Assembly: GCF_000143415.4 (NCBI RefSeq)
Contig: NW_003314265.1
Coordinates: 2,311,181-2,375,180, forward strand
Direction: 5' to 3'
DNA from: Selaginella moellendorffii
Taxonomy: Eukaryota > Plantae > Lycopodiophyta
Length of the DNA: 64,000 nt
Shown: piece after piece, positions 60,296-64,000 of the stretch
Layout: every line of letters starts with the position of its first letter
How positions within the stretch are numbered: position 1 is the first letter of the stretch
The notes under the pieces: model-generated
Database searches by the model: none
Told to the model about the DNA's origin: nothing
Seen by the model: the letters and a program-made list of their open reading frames with translations, nothing else
Program-made: the position numbers and the translations under genes

Positions 60296-62128
60296 ATGTC
60301 AGAAACAACATTCATGAAGCTACTTACTCTCATGCTGCTGCTCTCTTCGACTTACTACAGCAGAGTCCTGGCCGACTTCTTACGCGGAAGCACTGTCACA
60401 ACAGGAAGCCCTTGGAGATCACCTGAAGGAACCTTTGGATTTGGATTCGTGATGCCTGAGTCTTCAAGCACCCGGAACTTCAATCTCGCGATCTTGTATG
60501 ATATAGATCCGAAGAAGACTGTCGTCTGGATGGCAATGGCAAACGGGCAGCTTGTCCAGGTGAGTGAAAATGCCTTGAAAGCCGAGGGAGGACTTTCCGT
60601 CACTGATGGGAGCAGCTCCGTCCTCCTTGTGGCAAACCAATCCCGGACAGTGTTGTGCTGAAAGTGCTTCGCTGCTCGAGAACGGGAACTTAGTTGTCCT
60701 TGGAAAAGACAAGAAAGTTGCATAGCAGAGCTTCGACTCTCCAACGAACAACCTTTTGCCCGAGCAGCAGCTCCGCACACAAGGAAATCCGTCCTTGGGA
60801 TACACGAGGTTGATTTCCCAGTCTGGAGCATACCAGCTTGTTCTCAACAGTGGTCAGGTGCTGCTCAAGAACTTAAAGCTGGAGATCCCGCAAAAATACT
60901 GGTCTATTGCAAATCCGACACTGAACTCCACCATGACTTGCCTGGATGACGAAACCGGAGAGCACGTCTTGAACAACAACGCTTGCCAGCCTGATCGTTC
61001 TCTCAAGTTCCCGGCCGTCTTGAACTTGAGCGTCCTTTCCTTTTACGACGCAACTGGAAAGAGCTGGGCATCAGGATCAATGAGTTCACAAGACTACGCG
61101 CTTGACTACGACGATGCGAATGTGTTGGGGAGACTTACGCTGGACGACGATGGCAATCTCGGGATCTACAGCTTCGGCCCGAAGAACAAGAGTGGCTCCT
61201 GGAGCGTCGTCTGGCAAGCCGTCATGCTCGAGTGCGACATCTTTGGAACATGTGGACCTTTCGCTCTCTGCACCTACAGGCCCACAAAAACTTGCAACTG
61301 TGCTCCTGTCCAAACGACGAATCAAAGGGATGTGACTACGACATACCTCTGGGAGCTTGTCAAAACTCCCCAATCTCGGTGAAGCTCGTCCAGGTGAATC
61401 GAGCAGACTACTACTTCAACGATTACAACTTCGACTCGACCATCAAGTCGCTCGAAGAGTTAGGCTCGGGAGGATTCGGGAGCGTGTATAGAGGAAACAT
61501 GGCCATGAAGAACATCACCACCGTGAACCAGGCTGAGAAGCAATTCAAGGCCGAGGTGAGCACGATTGGAAGAGTACACCACGTCAACTTGGCTCCGCCT
61601 CCTCGGCTACTGCGCCGAGGGAGACCACCACCTCCTCGTCTACGAGTTCATGCCAAACGGTTCTCTCGATCACCACCTCTCGGCCTCGTCCTCATTCGCC
61701 GCCTCGCAAGAGATTTTCTCAACCTGGGAGACACGACACTCAATCGCGCTGGAGATTGCCAAAGGATTGACATACCTCCTCGTCCACTGCGATATCAAGC
61801 CACAAAACGTGATGCTGGACGAGAGCTCTGGCCAAAGGTGTCCAACTTTGGGCTGGCGAGGATGATGAGAAAAGAATCGATGAGCATCAACACCGTGCAA
61901 GGAACCAGGGGATACCTCGCTCCAGAGTGGCTCGAGAGCCAATCCATCACCCCCAAGGCCGAGGATCCAGGATCCAGGCCAGCGATGAGCCGCGTGGTGC
62001 AGATCCTGGAGGGCAAAGCGGAGGCGCCGGCGCCGCCATTTCCAGAAGCTGGAGAGAATGATCTGGCGAGAATGATCGCTTTAGTTCGCTTATTTAATAT
62101 TAATTTTTTGAATAAAATAATTAGATAA
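60296..62128 (+). pseudogene. G-type lectin S-receptor-like Ser/Thr kinase pseudogene
   Basis: Signal peptide; B-lectin (SPEGTFGFGF, KTVVWMA); S-locus/EGF (RLTLDDDGNL, CDIFGTCGPFALC); kinase LGSGGFGSVYRG, HCDIKPQN, GTRGYLAPEW, RPAMSRVVQILEG. Split over four frames; TM segment and several kinase subdomains deleted. Confidence 0.92.
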
Positions 62129-63370
62129 AAATAATAAGTAGATTATGATGGTATAATTTATACCAAGTGAAATCATTTTAATTCACCATTGCAATTTATA
62201 AAGGGACTATAGTGAGAAGTGAGCATTTATTTTGGTGGTATTTCATTCACATCTCAAATAGAACAAAGTAAATGGAATAACATAAAATATAGGTGTTTGT
62301 GATCTTTATGTTTTGGCTATCATTTTTTCGTTATCTTAGTTTTGGTTAAGGATATATGATCTTAAGCCAAACCCAAGCTTAACCCGTGTAGCCAGCTTGC
62401 TATTGCTGGGCTTAATTCTATATTGAAGGTATTAAGCCCTTCAAAAGTGACAAAGATAGAAATTCTTTTCTTCCTGGAAGTTCTCCACAACCATGTCAGT
62501 GGCATTAAACTTTTATGGACTTCTAAAAAGAATATGATCTAGCTGTTGAAAATAACTAGACTAAGAGGTGTTGACCAAACTTAAACAATTGCAACATTTT
62601 TGGTGTGGAAATCCACACTATTTCCACAAAAAACATCCAAGGACACAATAGTGATCTGGCTGCTACAAGCACCTACTTTCTTAAGCATTGCAAGAAAGTG
62701 TGGGTGATGGAAGATGAAGAAACCATTGCTTGGCAGCCTTGTTGCACCAAGGTGAGTGATCTTCTTTAATATATTATTTCCTTTGACCCTGATGACCTTG
62801 AAAATTATGTTTTAAGAATATTCTTTTGGACCATAATTCAAAAGTATAAAGGTTAAAGGTTAAAAAGAGATTTACAGCTGACACATAGATTGCACAAAAG
62901 ACTTTTACCTTCGGAAAATTGGGGTCCAACACCAAAGAGTAACGTCATAGAGATCTAGGTGGGATGCTTGATGTTAACACATGTACCATCTCTCCAGATG
63001 CCCATGCGGCATAAGGATGGGCATCTAGATAACTTGTATGCAGTAAAGCCTGATCTGTATTAAGGAACAAGGTGTGTTTTCCTAACTCCAAGCATGGTGT
63101 GACACCATGTAGCTTAGTCAGGCACTCAATTTTAAGAATATTCTTTCTTAATCTAGGTGTTAACTACAAGTTTAATCCATTAGTTATGCTAATACTGAGA
63201 TTCTTGAGTATTATTATTATTATTATTGTTATTATTATTTATAAGTTTAAGATCATTAGTATAGAAAAAGGAGAAAACATGAGATCACATAAATCAGAAT
63301 ATTTGGGTTTGAAAAAAGTCTAGCAACTGATTAGTTGTACCTTAGATGTTTGACTTAATGCAGTGCAGAT

Positions 63371-63378
63371 TATAAAAG
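63371..63378 (+). promoter_or_regulatory. Candidate TATA box
   Basis: TATAAAAG 40 nt upstream of the ATG at 63411. Confidence 0.45.
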
Positions 63379-63410
63379 GGCACTCTTTTACCTCATATTA
63401 CCATGTAAGT

Positions 63411-64000
63411 ATGGAAAACAAAACATTTCTCTATTTAATTTTATTACTTGCAATCATTCTGAAAAATGAGAATTTTTGTGCTGCCACTACAAGTATCAAA
63501 GTGGATGGCTATGTTTATTGTACTAACTGTGGTTCACTCTCTCAGAGTGGCATCTTCAGTAAGAAAAATTATCTATCTTTTGTATTTTTCTAATCTTGTT
63601 AAATCTTTCAGATGCCAAGGTAAACCTGGTTTGTCCAGGAGACAGTCATTCATCATTTACAAATAGTAGAGGATACTTTGATATCTTTGAATTAGTGAAG
63701 ACTGGAACAGATATTGGGAGTTGTCGAGTGAGTGTGGATCCAAGTAGAGCACCCCGGGGGTGTTCTTTCTTAACAGACATAAATGGTGGATCAAGTGGCC
63801 AATCCTTAAGCACATGCACCAATAATGGAAATAATAAGTTCACTTGTGGACCTTATTATTTTACTCCAAATGCTTGTTCACCTCCACCACCACCAAGTTC
63901 TCCACCTCCACCACCACCTAGAAAACCACCACCACCACCCCCTAGAAGACCACCCCCACCACCAACAACAACACCTCCACCACCACCACCTAGAACACCT
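63411..64000 (+). CDS. Pollen Ole e1 / extensin-like proline-rich cell-wall protein (3' end outside the window)
   Basis: Signal peptide, VDGYVYCTNC, 53-nt GT-AG intron 63559-63611, then AKVNLVC..TNSRGYF..CRVSV..C, followed by SPPPP/RPPPP repeats, open to the window end. Confidence 0.88.

Overview
Repeat-dense land-plant genomic DNA. The ~50-nt introns, TTTAGGG repeats and S-domain RLK suggest a compact genome such as a lycophyte (Selaginella-like; inference only). About 60 kb of the window is a near-identical tandem duplication: copy A ~386-23485 and copy B ~23957-60064. Each copy contains (i) a non-autonomous minus-strand LTR retrotransposon, (ii) a rearranged second LTR element whose two LTRs are inverted, (iii) a decayed RPA70-like gene and a decayed Helitron Rep-Pif1 helicase with a C-terminal AP-endonuclease (Helentron-type), and (iv) a bulb-lectin gene fragment. 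Two 394-bp TRIMs are nested in these. Copy B alone carries the most interesting object, a 13.6-kb DNA transposon (34973-48569) with perfect 25-bp TIRs; the matching empty site is visible in copy A. It encodes a Sola/DUF7869-like DDD transposase and, divergently, a multi-exon cargo gene that looks like a ParB/Srx domain + degenerate beta-class amino-methyltransferase fold + FCP1/NIF HAD phosphatase. It also carries ~28 copies of a 22-bp palindrome (ATGGCRTGWGGCCWCAYGCCAT), mostly in introns and intergenic DNA. Host genes at the right end are a G-type lectin S-receptor kinase pseudogene and a Pollen Ole e1/extensin-like gene that runs off the window. All domain calls are by-eye motif recognition; no database search was run.
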